The notes: generated by a model not told the origin, from the letters alone. 64,000 nucleotides of DNA from Spirochaetia bacterium (GCA_965208575.1 CBDBOV010000005.1:640001-704000); one strand, 5' to 3'; positions 29,539 through 42,034 are shown, counted from the stretch's first letter. Numbers and translations: made by a program.

Positions 29539-30759
29539 ATGTTGCAGGTATTGGGAAGCATCATCGTTTTCCCGGCCGTCATCGGCCTGCTGACGGTGGT
29601 ATTGCTCGCCGCGGAGGCGCGCCTGCGTCCGCAGCGCAAGATCAAGATCACCATCAACGGCGACGAGTCCGGAGCCATTGAGACCGACGCCGGCGGCACG
29701 CTGCTCAACACGCTGTCGAGCAACGGCGTCATGCTGCCGTCCGCATGCGGCGGCGGCGGCACCTGCGGCGTGTGCCGCTGCCAGGTATTGGACGGCGGCG
29801 GCGACATCCTGCCGACCGAGCAGCAGCACATCAACTTCCGCGACGCCAAGGAGAACTGGCGGTTGAGTTGCCAGGTGAAGGTGCGCGACGACATGCAGGT
29901 GCAGGTGCCGGACGAGGTGTTCTCCATCAACAAGTGGCAGTGCGAGGTGATCTCCAACGACAGCGTCGCCACTTTCATCCGCGAGTTCGTGCTGCGCATG
30001 CCGGAGGGCGAGGAACTCAACCACCGCTCCGGCGGCTACATCCAGATCGAGGTGCCGGCGTACGAGATCGACTTCAGCAAGGATATCGACGTCGAGGAGG
30101 AGTACCGCGGCGACTGGGAGCAGATGAACCTGTTTGCGCTGGGCGCCAAGAACACGGTACCGATCCAGCGCGCCTACTCGATGGCCAACCATCCCGCCGA
30201 GGGCAACATCGTGATGCTGAACGTGCGCATCGCGACGCCGCCGCGCGGCATGGAGGTGCAGCCGGGCCTGGCCTCGTCCTACGTGTACGCCCGCAAGCCG
30301 GGCGACGTGGTGACCATCTCCGGCCCCTACGGCGAGTTCTTCATCCAGGAAACCGAGCGCGAGATGGTGTACATCGGCGGCGGTGCCGGCATGGCCCCGT
30401 TGCGTGCGCACATCTTCCACCTGTTCCACACGTTGAATACCGGCCGCAAGGTGTCCTACTGGTACGGCGCCCGCTCCAAGCGCGAGATCTTCTACGAGGA
30501 TCACTTCCGCGCCATCGAGGAGAAGTTCCCGAACTTCTCGTTCCACATCGCGCTGTCGGAGCCGCTGCCGGAGGACAACTGGACCGGCCCGGTGGGCTTC
30601 ATCCACCAGGTGGTGCTCGACGAGTACCTCGGCAAGCAGGACGCGCCGGAGGACATCGAGTACTACCTGTGCGGGCCGCCGCTGATGCTGACCGCGGTGC
30701 AGAAGATGCTGTACGACCTCGGCGTGGAACCCGAGATGATCCGCTACGACGAGTTCTAG
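29539..30759 (+). CDS. nqrF: Na+-NQR subunit F
   Basis: 2Fe-2S motif SACGGGGTCGVC..LSCQ, RAYSMAN, GGGAGMAP and YLCGPP. Confidence 0.96.
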   Translation: MLQVLGSIIVFPAVIGLLTVVLLAAEARLRPQRKIKITINGDESGAIETDAGGTLLNTLSSNGVMLPSACGGGGTCGVCRCQVLDGGGDILPTEQQHINFRDAKENWRLSCQVKVRDDMQVQVPDEVFSINKWQCEVISNDSVATFIREFVLRMPEGEELNHRSGGYIQIEVPAYEIDFSKDIDVEEEYRGDWEQMNLFALGAKNTVPIQRAYSMANHPAEGNIVMLNVRIATPPRGMEVQPGLASSYVYARKPGDVVTISGPYGEFFIQETEREMVYIGGGAGMAPLRAHIFHLFHTLNTGRKVSYWYGARSKREIFYEDHFRAIEEKFPNFSFHIALSEPLPEDNWTGPVGFIHQVVLDEYLGKQDAPEDIEYYLCGPPLMLTAVQKMLYDLGVEPEMIRYDEF

Positions 30760-30867
30760 GGATCTTCGGAATGCGACAGGCGCAGGCGACGGTCTCGGGG
30801 CGCTGATCTGGCTGCTCTTCCCGGCACGCTCGGCGTCGCGCCGCCGGCCGGTGGCCGGGACGCCGCC

Positions 30868-31722
30868 TTGCAGCGAATCTACGAGTCGATCGCCGGCGAC
30901 CTGCGGCTGGTCGAGGCTGGCCTGCAGCGCCAGATCCGGGCACTGGCCGAGAACCACGAGAAGCTCATTGACCGCCACGCCTACCTCAAGGAGGTGATCG
31001 CCTCGTTGAGCGCCATGCGCGGCAAACTGCTGCGCCCGGCGCTGGTGCTGTTCAGCGGTCGCACGGTCCAGGGACCGAACGGAGGCTCCGCGCAGCCCGA
31101 TTCGGCGTTGATCGCGATGGCGGTGGCCGCGGAACTGGTGCACGCCGCCTCGCTCATTCACGACGACATCATCGACCATGCTCTCATGCGCCGCGCGCAC
31201 GCCGCGCTGTACCGCGAGTTCGGTACCAGCATCGCTGTCCTGGTCGGTGACGTACTGTACGCTCAGTTCTTCAGCCTGCTCGCGGAGTTGCCGCTTGCGG
31301 CCGGTCAGCGCCTGCGGCTGGTACAGTTGTTCTGCGCGGTTACCAAGACGATGAGCCAGGGTGAGATCTTCCAGCACGGCATCAAGCGCTACGGCCTGGA
31401 TATCACGGTCGACGACTACCTGGCGATCATCCGCAGCAAGACCGCGGCGCTGATGTCAGCCTGCTGCGCCGCCGGGGCGCTGGTGGCGCGCGGCTCGGAA
31501 CAGGAGGTCGCGGCAGCCGAAGAGTTCGGGCTGCAGTTCGGTCTCGCATTCCAGCTCATGGATGACCAGATGGACCAGGACGCGCTCGCCACCGACTTGG
31601 CGCCGGGCCGGCAGGCGCGCGGGCACGCCGAGTTGGCGCGCACTACGCTGGCGGCGCTGCCGCCGGGGCCGGCGCGCGCCGCCCTCCACCAGTTGACCGG
31701 CTTCGTACTCGCGCAGCGGTAA
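30868..31722 (+). CDS. Polyprenyl diphosphate synthase family protein; start uncertain
   Basis: GKLLRP, IHDDIID..RR, KTAAL and AFQLMDD motifs. Confidence 0.88.
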   Translation: MQRIYESIAGDLRLVEAGLQRQIRALAENHEKLIDRHAYLKEVIASLSAMRGKLLRPALVLFSGRTVQGPNGGSAQPDSALIAMAVAAELVHAASLIHDDIIDHALMRRAHAALYREFGTSIAVLVGDVLYAQFFSLLAELPLAAGQRLRLVQLFCAVTKTMSQGEIFQHGIKRYGLDITVDDYLAIIRSKTAALMSACCAAGALVARGSEQEVAAAEEFGLQFGLAFQLMDDQMDQDALATDLAPGRQARGHAELARTTLAALPPGPARAALHQLTGFVLAQR

Positions 31723-31772
31723 CCGGATCCGGAATCGGTTCGAACTGCCGTTGTCGCGCAGCCGGAACGAGG

Positions 31773-32408
31773 CTACGCACCGGCGTTCGCGGCGTCGAAC
31801 ACGGATGCCACGTCGGCCGCGAATCCTTCGAGCAACGGAGAGACCGCCGACCCGCCGCGGGCGTACACGCCACGTTCGGCGTACGTTCCGCCCGTGAGCG
31901 TCAGCACGGTGATCGTTTCGTCGCGCGGATCTGCGATCCAGTACTCCGGAATGCCGGCCTCGGCGTAGTCGACCCGCTTGTCGACCAGATCCCGGCCGGG
32001 GTTGTCGGGGCTGACGACCTCCACTACCAGGTCCGCGCCGAGCCAGTAGCGGTCCTGAAAACGGTTGTCGTTGCGGTCCAGGAGGAGCAGGAGGTCGGGC
32101 TCGCGGAACTTGCCGGCGCGGATGCGCATGCGGAGCGGGGCGACCACCACGACGACGCCGCGCGGCTTGAGGTAGGCACGGAGCAGGTCGTAGAGGAACA
32201 GAAGGACGAGTTGATGGCTGGAGGTGGGCATCGGCAGTTCCTGGATGTAGCCATCGGTGAGTTCGATCAGACGGTTGCTGTGGTCGGTGAGCCAGAGGTA
32301 GGCATCGTCGCTCCAGGCACCCTGCGGCGGCAGGATGTCGTTCAACAGGGACGTCAGTGCGTCCTGCGTGGTCGCCAGAGCTGGCGCCGGGTCGTTCATC
32401 ACCGCCAT
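31773..32408 (-). CDS. Uma2 family endonuclease
   Basis: IELTDG, REPDL, LVVEVVSP and YAEAGIPEYWIADP motifs. Confidence 0.9.
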   Translation of the reverse strand: MAVMNDPAPALATTQDALTSLLNDILPPQGAWSDDAYLWLTDHSNRLIELTDGYIQELPMPTSSHQLVLLFLYDLLRAYLKPRGVVVVVAPLRMRIRAGKFREPDLLLLLDRNDNRFQDRYWLGADLVVEVVSPDNPGRDLVDKRVDYAEAGIPEYWIADPRDETITVLTLTGGTYAERGVYARGGSAVSPLLEGFAADVASVFDAANAGA

Positions 32409-32483
32409 GCTATCCTCCGGTGCCGCCGTTTGCCCGCGCGGCCGTGCCGTCATTATAGCGCGTGGTGGGGCTGTGCGTGTTGT

Positions 32484-32909
32484 TCAGCGCAGCAGTTCTT
32501 CGCCGCTGAAGAAGCAGCCGATCTCGCTGGCGGCGTTGGCGTCGGAGTCGGAGCCGTGGCAGCAGTTGCGCTCGATCGACTCCGCGAAGCGCCGGCGGAT
32601 GGTGCCGGGCGCGGCATCCGCGGGGTCGGTCGCGCCCATCGCATCGCGCCAGGCCGGGACCGCGTCGTCGCCCTCCAGGACCATCGCCACCGTGGTGCCG
32701 GACGTCATGAACGCCACCAGCGAGGCAAAGAACGGCCGTTCGCGGTGCACGGCATAGAACGCCTCCGCCTGGGCGCGGTTCAGGTTCACGCTCTTCATGG
32801 CGACGATCGCGAGGCCGGCGTCGAGCGCGGCGTCGATCACCTTGCCGGTCAGGCGGCGGTCGAATGCATCCGGTTTGATCAAGGCGAGGGTTCTTGTCAG
32901 GTTTGGCAC
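32484..32909 (-). CDS. ndk: Nucleoside diphosphate kinase
   Basis: RTLALIKPD, FYAVHRERPFF, PGTIR and HGSDS motifs. Confidence 0.96.
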   Translation of the reverse strand: MPNLTRTLALIKPDAFDRRLTGKVIDAALDAGLAIVAMKSVNLNRAQAEAFYAVHRERPFFASLVAFMTSGTTVAMVLEGDDAVPAWRDAMGATDPADAAPGTIRRRFAESIERNCCHGSDSDANAASEIGCFFSGEELLR

Positions 32910-32945
32910 GCCCGCAATATAGTGTGGCAGGCAACGCTCGATCAA

Positions 32946-32990
32946 CTACCGATATGTAGGACATTGCGCGAACGACCGACAATTTGGTAG
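32946..32990. promoter_or_regulatory. Paired CTAC-N6-GTAG-like activator sites upstream of glnA
   Basis: CTACcgatatGTAG (32946-32959) and CGACaatttgGTAG (32977-32990). A matching pair lies upstream of amtB. Confidence 0.7.
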
Positions 32991-33032
32991 AGGTCAGTGG
33001 CATCCGTGGCGGTAGAACGGCCCCGATGCGCT

Positions 33033-33047
33033 TGGCCCGGAAATTGC
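33033..33047 (+). promoter_or_regulatory. Sigma54 -24/-12 promoter of glnA
   Basis: TGGCCC-GGAAA-TTGC with exact spacing. Confidence 0.8.
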
Positions 33048-33100
33048 TAGCTCAATCGTGACGCGGTCTATGTACGCGTCCATCACGAGGAGGAACACAT

Positions 33101-34522
33101 ATGGCACTCAAGACGCCCGGCGATGTAATGAAGCTGATCGCGGACGAAGGCGTGGAGGTGATCGACATTCGCTTCATGGACTTTCCCGGTCTGTGGCAGC
33201 ATTTTTCGATTCCGTCGCGCGAGCTCGCGGAGGATGACTTCGAGGCCGGATTGGGGTTTGACGGCTCCAGCATCCGCGGTTGGCAAACGATCAACGAGTC
33301 CGACATGCTGGTGAAGCCGGTGCCCGAGACCGGTTTCATCGATCCGTTCATGGCGCGCAAGACGCTGGTGATGATCGGCAACATCAACGACCCGATCACC
33401 GGCCAGGACTACACCCGCGATCCGCGCAACATCGCGCGCAAGGCGGAGGCGTACCTGCGCTCGTCCGGCATCGGAGACACCGCCTACTTCGGCCCGGAGG
33501 CGGAGTTCTTCATCTTCGACGACGTGCGTTTCGACCAGAACGAGCACGAGGGCTACTACCACATCGACTCCGAGGAGGGCCGCTGGAACGCGGGGCGGGT
33601 GGAGAATCCCAATCTCGGCTACAAGCCGCGCTACAAGGAGGGCTACTTCCCGGTTCCGCCGACCGACAGCCAGCAGGATCTGCGCAGCGAGATGATGATG
33701 ACGCTGGAGAGTATCGGCGTCCTGATCGAGGCGCAGCACCACGAGGTCGCCACCGCCGGCCAGGGCGAGATCGACATGCGCTTCGCCCCGCTGGTGACCA
33801 TGGCCGACAACATGCTCAAGTACAAGTACGTGGTGAAGAACACCGCGCGGCGCTACAACAAGACCGCCACCTTCATGCCCAAGCCGCTGTTCGAGGACAA
33901 TGGCAGCGGCATGCACACGCACATGTCGTTCTGGAAGGATGGCAGCAACCTGTTCGCCGGCGACGGCTACGCCGGGCTGTCCGAGATGGCGCTGCACGCC
34001 ATCGGGGGCCTTCTGACCCACGCGGCGGCGCTCATCGCCTTCACCAACCCGACCACCAACAGCTTCAAGCGGCTGGTGCCGGGCTTCGAAGCGCCGGTGA
34101 ACCTGGCGTACTCGCGGCGCAACCGCAGCGCCGCGATCCGGCTGCCGATGTACTCCACCTCGCCGAAGGCGAAGCGGATCGAGTTTCGCTGCCCGGATGC
34201 CTCCTCCAACCCCTATCTCGGGTTTTCCGCCATGCTGATGGCTGCCGTGGACGGCATCACCAACAAGATCCATCCCGGTGAGCCGCTCGACCGCGACCTG
34301 TATGACCTGCCGCCGGAGGAGCTTGCCAAGGTCAGGACCACGCCGGGCTCGCTGCGCGAAGCGCTCGACGCGCTGCGCGACGACCACGAGTTCCTGCTCA
34401 AGGGCGACGTGTTCACCGAGGACGTGCTCGAAACCTGGATCGACTACAAGATGGAGAACGAAGTGACCGCCATCGACCTGCGGCCCCATCCGTGGGAGTT
34501 CGCCATGTACTACGACATCTGA
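33101..34522 (+). CDS. glnA: Type I glutamine synthetase
   Basis: [30 protein letters not shown] and adenylylation site DLYDLP. Confidence 0.98.
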   Translation: MALKTPGDVMKLIADEGVEVIDIRFMDFPGLWQHFSIPSRELAEDDFEAGLGFDGSSIRGWQTINESDMLVKPVPETGFIDPFMARKTLVMIGNINDPITGQDYTRDPRNIARKAEAYLRSSGIGDTAYFGPEAEFFIFDDVRFDQNEHEGYYHIDSEEGRWNAGRVENPNLGYKPRYKEGYFPVPPTDSQQDLRSEMMMTLESIGVLIEAQHHEVATAGQGEIDMRFAPLVTMADNMLKYKYVVKNTARRYNKTATFMPKPLFEDNGSGMHTHMSFWKDGSNLFAGDGYAGLSEMALHAIGGLLTHAAALIAFTNPTTNSFKRLVPGFEAPVNLAYSRRNRSAAIRLPMYSTSPKAKRIEFRCPDASSNPYLGFSAMLMAAVDGITNKIHPGEPLDRDLYDLPPEELAKVRTTPGSLREALDALRDDHEFLLKGDVFTEDVLETWIDYKMENEVTAIDLRPHPWEFAMYYDI

Positions 34523-34559
34523 GCGTTCCCTCCCCGGATCCGTTCCGGGAGTGATCCGG

Positions 34560-34594
34560 TCCCCGGCTGCCCGAGCGCGCCGGGGATTTTTTTT
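34560..34594 (+). terminator. Intrinsic terminator after glnA
   Basis: TCCCCGGC...GCCGGGGA stem followed by T8. Confidence 0.8.
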
Positions 34595-34653
34595 GGCTCC
34601 GCCCGCTCGCGCCGGATGCCGGCATGCGTGCTGACGTGTACACTGGATGTGCC

Positions 34654-37600
34654 ATGAAACCGCGGAGAGACGTGTTGGCGGAGCAACTTCCGGGGGTCGA
34701 CGAGGCGTTCATCGATGCGCACCTGGCGCGCCTCGGCGAGGACTACTACGCGGAGTTCACGCCGCCGGAGGTGGTACGCCACGTCCGGCAACTCAGCCGC
34801 CTGAGTGCGGAGCGGCCGGTTGCCGTTCTGGCCGAGGCGGCCGCCACGCGGCGCGCGCCGGGAGCGGAACGAGATGGACCGGCGGACGGCGCCGAGCGGG
34901 GTGACGGCCCTGGGCATGAGCCGGTGGAGTGCACCATTCTGGCCGCGGACCATCCCGGCCTGTTCTCGCTGATCACGGGAGTGCTCGCCGCGGGCGGGTT
35001 CGCCATCGACTCGGGGGCGGCGTACACGTACGCCCGCGCCGCCGGCCCTGTCACCGGCGCCCCGCGGATGCCGCGCCGCGCCGTCGCCGCTCGCGGCGTG
35101 CGGCGCGGACGCCCGTTGCGCCGCACGCCGGCGACGCGCGCCATGATCGTCAACCGGTTCGTCGGCCGGCGCGTTACCGCCGGCGCCAGCGGCCAGAGCG
35201 TGGCAGCGTGGCGGCAGCAGACCGAGGGCCGCCTGGCCGAGGCGCTGGCCGACGTGGAGCGCGGCGCCCCCGAGGACGCCCGCCGGCGGGTCAGCGAACT
35301 GGTGGCAGATGTCATCCGCTCGCAATGGCAGGAGCCGCCGGTTCTGCATCCGGTGCGGATCGATATTGCCAACCAGGCGGCGACCTCCGCCACCCGGATG
35401 CGAATCGTCGCCGAGGACACTCCCCTGTTCCTGTACAGTCTCAGCTCGGCGCTGGCGCTGCACGGCGTGGTGATTCAGCGCGTGCGCATTCGCACCGAAG
35501 CCGGCCGCGTCGAGGACGTGATCGACGTGGTGGACCAGGCGGGCAGCCCGATCGGCGATCCCGAACTGCTCGACCAGCTCAAGCTGTCGGTCCTCCTCAC
35601 CAAGCAGTTCGCCTACTTCATCGGCGTCGCACCCGACCCCTATGCGGCCCTGCGCCGCTTCGAGCAGCTTGCCGATACGATCGCCGACGTGCCCGCCGAA
35701 GGGCAGCTTGCCGGCCTGCTCGCCGATCCGCGCGTCATGGGCGACCTGGCACGGCTGCTCGGCAGCAGCGAGTTTCTGTGGGAGGACTTCATCCGCCGCC
35801 AGTACGAGACCCTGCTGCCGATGCTGACCGGCCAGCGGCGTGCCGCCGGGCGTGACGATGCGACCGTGGCGCAGCGGCTGGAGAGCGCCGTTGCCGCCGC
35901 GTCCACCGCGGACGACCAGGTGGCGGCCCTCAACGCGTTCAAGGACCGCGAGGCGTTTCTCATCGACCTGGACCACATTCTCGATCCGGATGCGAGCGTC
36001 GCGCGGCTCGCGGGGCGGTTGACCCGGTTGGCGGAGTGCGTCGTGGAGAGCGCCCTGCGGCTGGCCGAGGAGGAACTGCGACCGCGCTTCGGCACCGCGC
36101 GTACGCTCGGCGGCATCGCGACCCGCCCCGCGGTGCTGGGATTGGGCAAGCTGGGCGGCGGCGCGCTCGGCTACGCCTCCGACATCGAGCTGATGTTCGT
36201 GTTCAGCGACCACGGCTATACCACCGGGCCGGAGCAGATCGGCAACGCCGACTACTACGAGCGGCTGGTGCAGGCCACCGTGCAGCGGATCGGCGCCAAG
36301 CGCGAAGGGATCTTCGAGGTCGACCTGCGGCTGCGCCCCTACGGTGCCGCCGGACCGCGCGCCGTGAGCCTGGAGAGCTTCGCCGACTACTACGGACCCG
36401 GCGGGGCGGCGCTGGCGTACGAGCGGCTGGCGCTGATCCGGCTGCGTGCCGTTGCCGGCGACCGCATCCTGGGCGCGCGCATGGAGCGGCTGCGCGACGA
36501 ACTGGTGTACCGCGCCGGTGCCATCCCGCTCGACGAGGTGCACGAGATGCGCCGCCGGCAGGTGGCCGAGCACGGCTCGGGCGAACGCCTGAACGCCAAG
36601 TTCAGTCCGGGCGCGCTGGTGGACGTCGAGTACGCCGTGCAGATGCTGCAGGTGCGCTACGGCCCGGAGCATGCCGTGCTGCGCACATCGAGCGTGCATC
36701 GTGCGCTGCGGGCGTTGGCGGAGGAGGGGATTCTGGCGGCTGCGGAGGCGGAGCAGGTGCGCGGCGCGTACGACTTCTACCGGCGCCTCATCAACGCGCT
36801 GCGCATGTGGCGCGGCTCCGCGCGCGACCTGCATCTGCCGCCGGCCGGGTCCGCCGAGAGCGGCCATCTCGCGCGCCGCATGGGCTACCGCGACAGCGGC
36901 GAACGCAGCGCGCCGCAACACCTGTACCTGGAGCTGGAGCAGCGCCGTGCCGAGGTGCGGCGCTTCATCGACACCCATCTCGGGCACGGCATCCTGGGCG
37001 CCGGCAGCGTCAGCGGCATCGGCGACCTGGCCTTGATCCTGGCCGCGGCGGGCGAGCCGCCGCCGGAGGCCGCGCCGATCTTCCGCCGCCTCGGTTTCGC
37101 GCACCCGGAGCGCGCCGTCGCCAACCTCGCGCGGTTGGTGCGGCATGCTCCGGACGCCACCGAGTTCGCCCGCCTGGCGGTGCTGGCGGCCGATCAACTG
37201 GCGGTGCAGTCCGACCCCGACCGCGCGCTGAACAACTGGGAACGCTACGTTGCCGCCCTCGGCAACCCCGAGCACCACTTCCAGTTGATGCTGCTGCAGC
37301 CGATGCGGCTGGACCTGCTGGTACGGATCTTCGCCACCAGCCAGTTCCTGGCCGACGCGCTCGTGCGCCGCCCCGACCTGTTCGACTGGGTCACCGAGCC
37401 ACGGCGGCTGCATCGCCGGCGGCGCATCGAGGACGTGGTGGGCGACCTCGACTTCGGCTCCGACTGGCTGGCCCGGATCGATGCCGTGCGCCGCCGCGAG
37501 ATCCTGCGCATTGCGATCCGCGACTACTGCCTCGCCGCGCCGGCCACCGACGTCATGCACGAACTCTCGGTGGTGGCGGAGGCGCTGATCAGCGCCGCGG

Positions 37601-38550
37601 TAGACAAGCTGACCGCCGACCAGCCGGCGGTACGCACCCGCGCCTGCGTGCTGGCGTTCGGCAAACTGGGCGGCGAGGAACTCAATTACAGCTCCGACAT
37701 CGACCTGGTGGCGTTGTACGACGATCGCGACTTGCCGGACGCGCAGCGCGGCGCGGTGGCGCAGGCGGTCGGGGATCTGGCTCGCTCGCTGGACCGGGTG
37801 CTGGCGGCGCGCGCGGACGAGATGGCCGCCTACCGCGTGGACTGGCGCCTGCGCCCCTACGGCGGGTCCGGCGAACTGGCGCACTCGTTCAGCTCGCTGG
37901 CCGCGTACTACGCCGGTCCCGCCAACGACTGGGAGGTGCAGGCGCTGTTGCGCATGCGCCCGGTGGCGGGCAATCGTGCCGCCGGCGAGGCGCTGCTGGC
38001 GGAAGCGCGTGGTGCATTCGCGCGCTTCGGCGACGACGCGTCGACGCGCGGTGCGCGCGCCTTCGCCACCATCGAACGGCTGCGCGACCTGGCGGTGGCG
38101 GAGCACGGCCAGAGCCGGCTGCGGCGCGGACAGGACATCAAGTCGGGCGTCGGCGGTATCCGCGACATCGAATTCCTGGTGCAGGGGCTGCAGTTGCAGC
38201 ACTTGCCGGCGCACCCGGAGCTGGTGTGCGGCAACACGGTAACCGCGCTCCACCGCTTGCAGCGGGTTGGGGTGCTCGGCTCCGACAGCGCGGACCTGCT
38301 GCGCGAGGACTACCTCTTTCTGCGCAACCTGGAGCACTTCCTGCAGGTGTTCGAGGATCGCCAGGTGCACGTGCTGCCGAGCGCTCCCGACTCGCTCGCC
38401 ACCCTCGCGCGGCGCATGCTCGGCGCCGGCGCCACCGCCGAGCAGTTCCAGAGTCTGCTCGCGACCGTGACCGCGCGCGTGCGGGCCGCCTACCTGCGCG
38501 TGGTGACCGAGGCAAAAGAACAGGCGGCCCGCCAATCCCCCGCCTGCTGA
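34654..38550 (+). CDS. glnE: Glutamine synthetase adenylyltransferase with N-terminal ACT-like domains
   Basis: Two nucleotidyltransferase motifs (GKLGG.ALGYASDIE, GKLGGEELNYSSDID) and two D.RLRPYG motifs. N-terminal DHPGLFS.ITG.L and DTPLFLY ACT-like segments. Confidence 0.9.
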   Translation: MKPRRDVLAEQLPGVDEAFIDAHLARLGEDYYAEFTPPEVVRHVRQLSRLSAERPVAVLAEAAATRRAPGAERDGPADGAERGDGPGHEPVECTILAADHPGLFSLITGVLAAGGFAIDSGAAYTYARAAGPVTGAPRMPRRAVAARGVRRGRPLRRTPATRAMIVNRFVGRRVTAGASGQSVAAWRQQTEGRLAEALADVERGAPEDARRRVSELVADVIRSQWQEPPVLHPVRIDIANQAATSATRMRIVAEDTPLFLYSLSSALALHGVVIQRVRIRTEAGRVEDVIDVVDQAGSPIGDPELLDQLKLSVLLTKQFAYFIGVAPDPYAALRRFEQLADTIADVPAEGQLAGLLADPRVMGDLARLLGSSEFLWEDFIRRQYETLLPMLTGQRRAAGRDDATVAQRLESAVAAASTADDQVAALNAFKDREAFLIDLDHILDPDASVARLAGRLTRLAECVVESALRLAEEELRPRFGTARTLGGIATRPAVLGLGKLGGGALGYASDIELMFVFSDHGYTTGPEQIGNADYYERLVQATVQRIGAKREGIFEVDLRLRPYGAAGPRAVSLESFADYYGPGGAALAYERLALIRLRAVAGDRILGARMERLRDELVYRAGAIPLDEVHEMRRRQVAEHGSGERLNAKFSPGALVDVEYAVQMLQVRYGPEHAVLRTSSVHRALRALAEEGILAAAEAEQVRGAYDFYRRLINALRMWRGSARDLHLPPAGSAESGHLARRMGYRDSGERSAPQHLYLELEQRRAEVRRFIDTHLGHGILGAGSVSGIGDLALILAAAGEPPPEAAPIFRRLGFAHPERAVANLARLVRHAPDATEFARLAVLAADQLAVQSDPDRALNNWERYVAALGNPEHHFQLMLLQPMRLDLLVRIFATSQFLADALVRRPDLFDWVTEPRRLHRRRRIEDVVGDLDFGSDWLARIDAVRRREILRIAIRDYCLAAPATDVMHELSVVAEALISAAVDKLTADQPAVRTRACVLAFGKLGGEELNYSSDIDLVALYDDRDLPDAQRGAVAQAVGDLARSLDRVLAARADEMAAYRVDWRLRPYGGSGELAHSFSSLAAYYAGPANDWEVQALLRMRPVAGNRAAGEALLAEARGAFARFGDDASTRGARAFATIERLRDLAVAEHGQSRLRRGQDIKSGVGGIRDIEFLVQGLQLQHLPAHPELVCGNTVTALHRLQRVGVLGSDSADLLREDYLFLRNLEHFLQVFEDRQVHVLPSAPDSLATLARRMLGAGATAEQFQSLLATVTARVRAAYLRVVTEAKEQAARQSPAC

Positions 38551-38596
38551 CCTGCCGGCGGGTTGGCGGACCGCTGTCGGGCGGCCGGGGACCGGG

Positions 38597-40297
38597 TCAG
38601 CCGATGGCCACCTTGCCCACCTCGCCCGAACGGATGCGTATGCACTGGTTGAGTTCGACCACGAAGATCTTGCCGTCGCCGATCTCACCGGTGCGCGCGC
38701 CGCGCACCACCGCGTCGATCGCGCGCTCCAGGAATTCGTCGTTGACGGCAATCTCCATGCGCACCTTCTTGAGCAGATTCACTTCGATCTGGACGCCGCG
38801 ATAGGTCTCGGTGTAGCCCATCTGCTGCCCGCATCCGAGCGCGTTGGTCACCGACATCTTGCCGACATCCTCCTTGAACAGCTCCTGCTTCACGTCATTC
38901 AGCTTGTGCGGCTGAATGTAGGCGATTATCAGTTTCATCGTTCCGCTCCTATAGCGTGTCGTGTACACCTCGAAGTCGGTGTACGCCTCGGCGCCATGCT
39001 CTTCGAGATCCAGTCCGCGCAGCTCCTGGTCGCGGCTCACGCGCAGGCCGACGGTGGCCTTGATCACGCTGAATAGTACCAGAGAGGTGACGAATGTCCA
39101 CGCGAACACGGCCAGCACGCCGACAATCTGGATGCCGAGCTGGCCGAAGCCGCCACCGAAGAACAGCCCGTTGGTGCCGCCGAATTGCTCCTGGGCGAAC
39201 AACCCCACCGCCAGCGTGCCCCACGCACCGACCACGCCGTGCGCGGAGATGGCGCCCACCGGATCGTCGACCATGAGCACGCGGTCGATGAACTGCGCCG
39301 CCAGCACCACCAGCACGCCGCCGAGGAAGCCGATCACGACCGCGCTGCCCGGCGAAACGTTGGCGCAACCCGCCGTGATGGCGACCAGGCCGGCGATTGC
39401 GCCGTTGAGGGCAAACGTGGGATCGGGCTTGCCGGAAATGATCCAGGCCAGCACCAGCGCGCCCACCACGCCGGCGGCCGCTGCCAGGTTGGTGGTGACC
39501 GCGATGGCCGCGATCGACAGGTCGGTGCCCGCGACCGTGCTGCCGGCGTTGAAGCCGAACCAGCCGAACCACAGCAGGAACACGCCCAGTGCCGCCAGCG
39601 GCAGGTTGTGGCCCTGGATGGCGTTCACGATCACGGTTCCCTTGCCGTGGGTCCCGTTGCCGTTGCGCACGTACTTGCCTTCGCGCGCGCCGAGCACGAT
39701 CGCGCCCGCCAGCCCGGCCCAGCCGCCGACCGAGTGCACCACCGTGGAGCCCGCGAAGTCGATCATGCCCAGGTTGCCGAGCCAGCCGCCGCCCCAGATC
39801 CAGTGCCCGACCACCGGGTAGATCAGCGCGGTGATGAACACCGAGTATACGAGGTAGGCCTTGAACTGGGTGCGCTCGGCGACCGCACCGGAGACGATGG
39901 TGGCCGCGGTAGCCGCGAATACCACCTGGAAGATCCAGAACGTGAAGTCCGAAATCCCCTCCGAAACGTCCACCACGGCGCCGCCGAGGAAGAACTTGTC
40001 GGTGCCGATCAGGCCGGCGGCGTCGGCGCCGAACATGATGCCGAAGCCGACCGCCCAGAACGCCAGCGAACCGAGCGAGAAGTCCATCAGGTTCTTCATC
40101 ATGATGTTGGCCGCGTTCTTGGCCCTGGTGAAGCCGGTCTCCAGCATGGCGAAGCCGGCCTGCATCAGGAACACCAGCACCGCGGCCACCAGCGTCCACA
40201 CGGTGTCGATCGCTACCGCGTTGGCGACCGAGTCGGCGAAGGCGGATACGGAGCCGAGCACCAGGAGCGCGCCGGCTATGACGAACAGTCGTCTCAT
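38597..40297 (-). CDS. amtB: Ammonium transporter fused in frame to a P-II protein (GlnK portion 38597-38938)
   Basis: [24 protein letters not shown] and DDPVG motifs. No stop before [26 protein letters not shown]. Confidence 0.92.
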   Translation of the reverse strand: MRRLFVIAGALLVLGSVSAFADSVANAVAIDTVWTLVAAVLVFLMQAGFAMLETGFTRAKNAANIMMKNLMDFSLGSLAFWAVGFGIMFGADAAGLIGTDKFFLGGAVVDVSEGISDFTFWIFQVVFAATAATIVSGAVAERTQFKAYLVYSVFITALIYPVVGHWIWGGGWLGNLGMIDFAGSTVVHSVGGWAGLAGAIVLGAREGKYVRNGNGTHGKGTVIVNAIQGHNLPLAALGVFLLWFGWFGFNAGSTVAGTDLSIAAIAVTTNLAAAAGVVGALVLAWIISGKPDPTFALNGAIAGLVAITAGCANVSPGSAVVIGFLGGVLVVLAAQFIDRVLMVDDPVGAISAHGVVGAWGTLAVGLFAQEQFGGTNGLFFGGGFGQLGIQIVGVLAVFAWTFVTSLVLFSVIKATVGLRVSRDQELRGLDLEEHGAEAYTDFEVYTTRYRSGTMKLIIAYIQPHKLNDVKQELFKEDVGKMSVTNALGCGQQMGYTETYRGVQIEVNLLKKVRMEIAVNDEFLERAIDAVVRGARTGEIGDGKIFVVELNQCIRIRSGEVGKVAIG

Positions 40298-40344
40298 GTT
40301 GTCAGGTCCTCCTTGAAAGGAACAGTTGTGATGCCGTCCACCAA

Positions 40345-40359
40345 GCAACATCCGTGCCA
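40345..40359 (-). promoter_or_regulatory. Sigma54 -24/-12 promoter of amtB-glnK
   Basis: TGGCAC-GGATG-TTGC, a perfect consensus on the minus strand. Confidence 0.88.
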
Positions 40360-40415
40360 AATGGAGTGCCAGCGTGCCCGGAGCGACCTGACATCGAACC
40401 TCGCGGACTGTTTGC

Positions 40416-40459
40416 CTACGTTTTGGTGGGAATGAAGAGTGGTCCCTACAAAGATGTCA
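40416..40459. promoter_or_regulatory. Paired CTAC-N6-GTAG-like activator sites upstream of amtB
   Basis: CTACgttttgGTGG (40416-40429) and CTACaaagatGTCA (40446-40459). Confidence 0.65.
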
Positions 40460-40480
40460 GCGCCGACGCTCTGCGGGCGA

Positions 40481-42034
<1,554 letters not shown>

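Noticed and set aside
24681-38804. Very long alternative ORFs (24681-27719, 25436-29593, 34510-38751, 36036-38804)
   Set aside because: Antisense or off-frame shadows of nqr and glnE in high-GC DNA, with no recognisable motifs.
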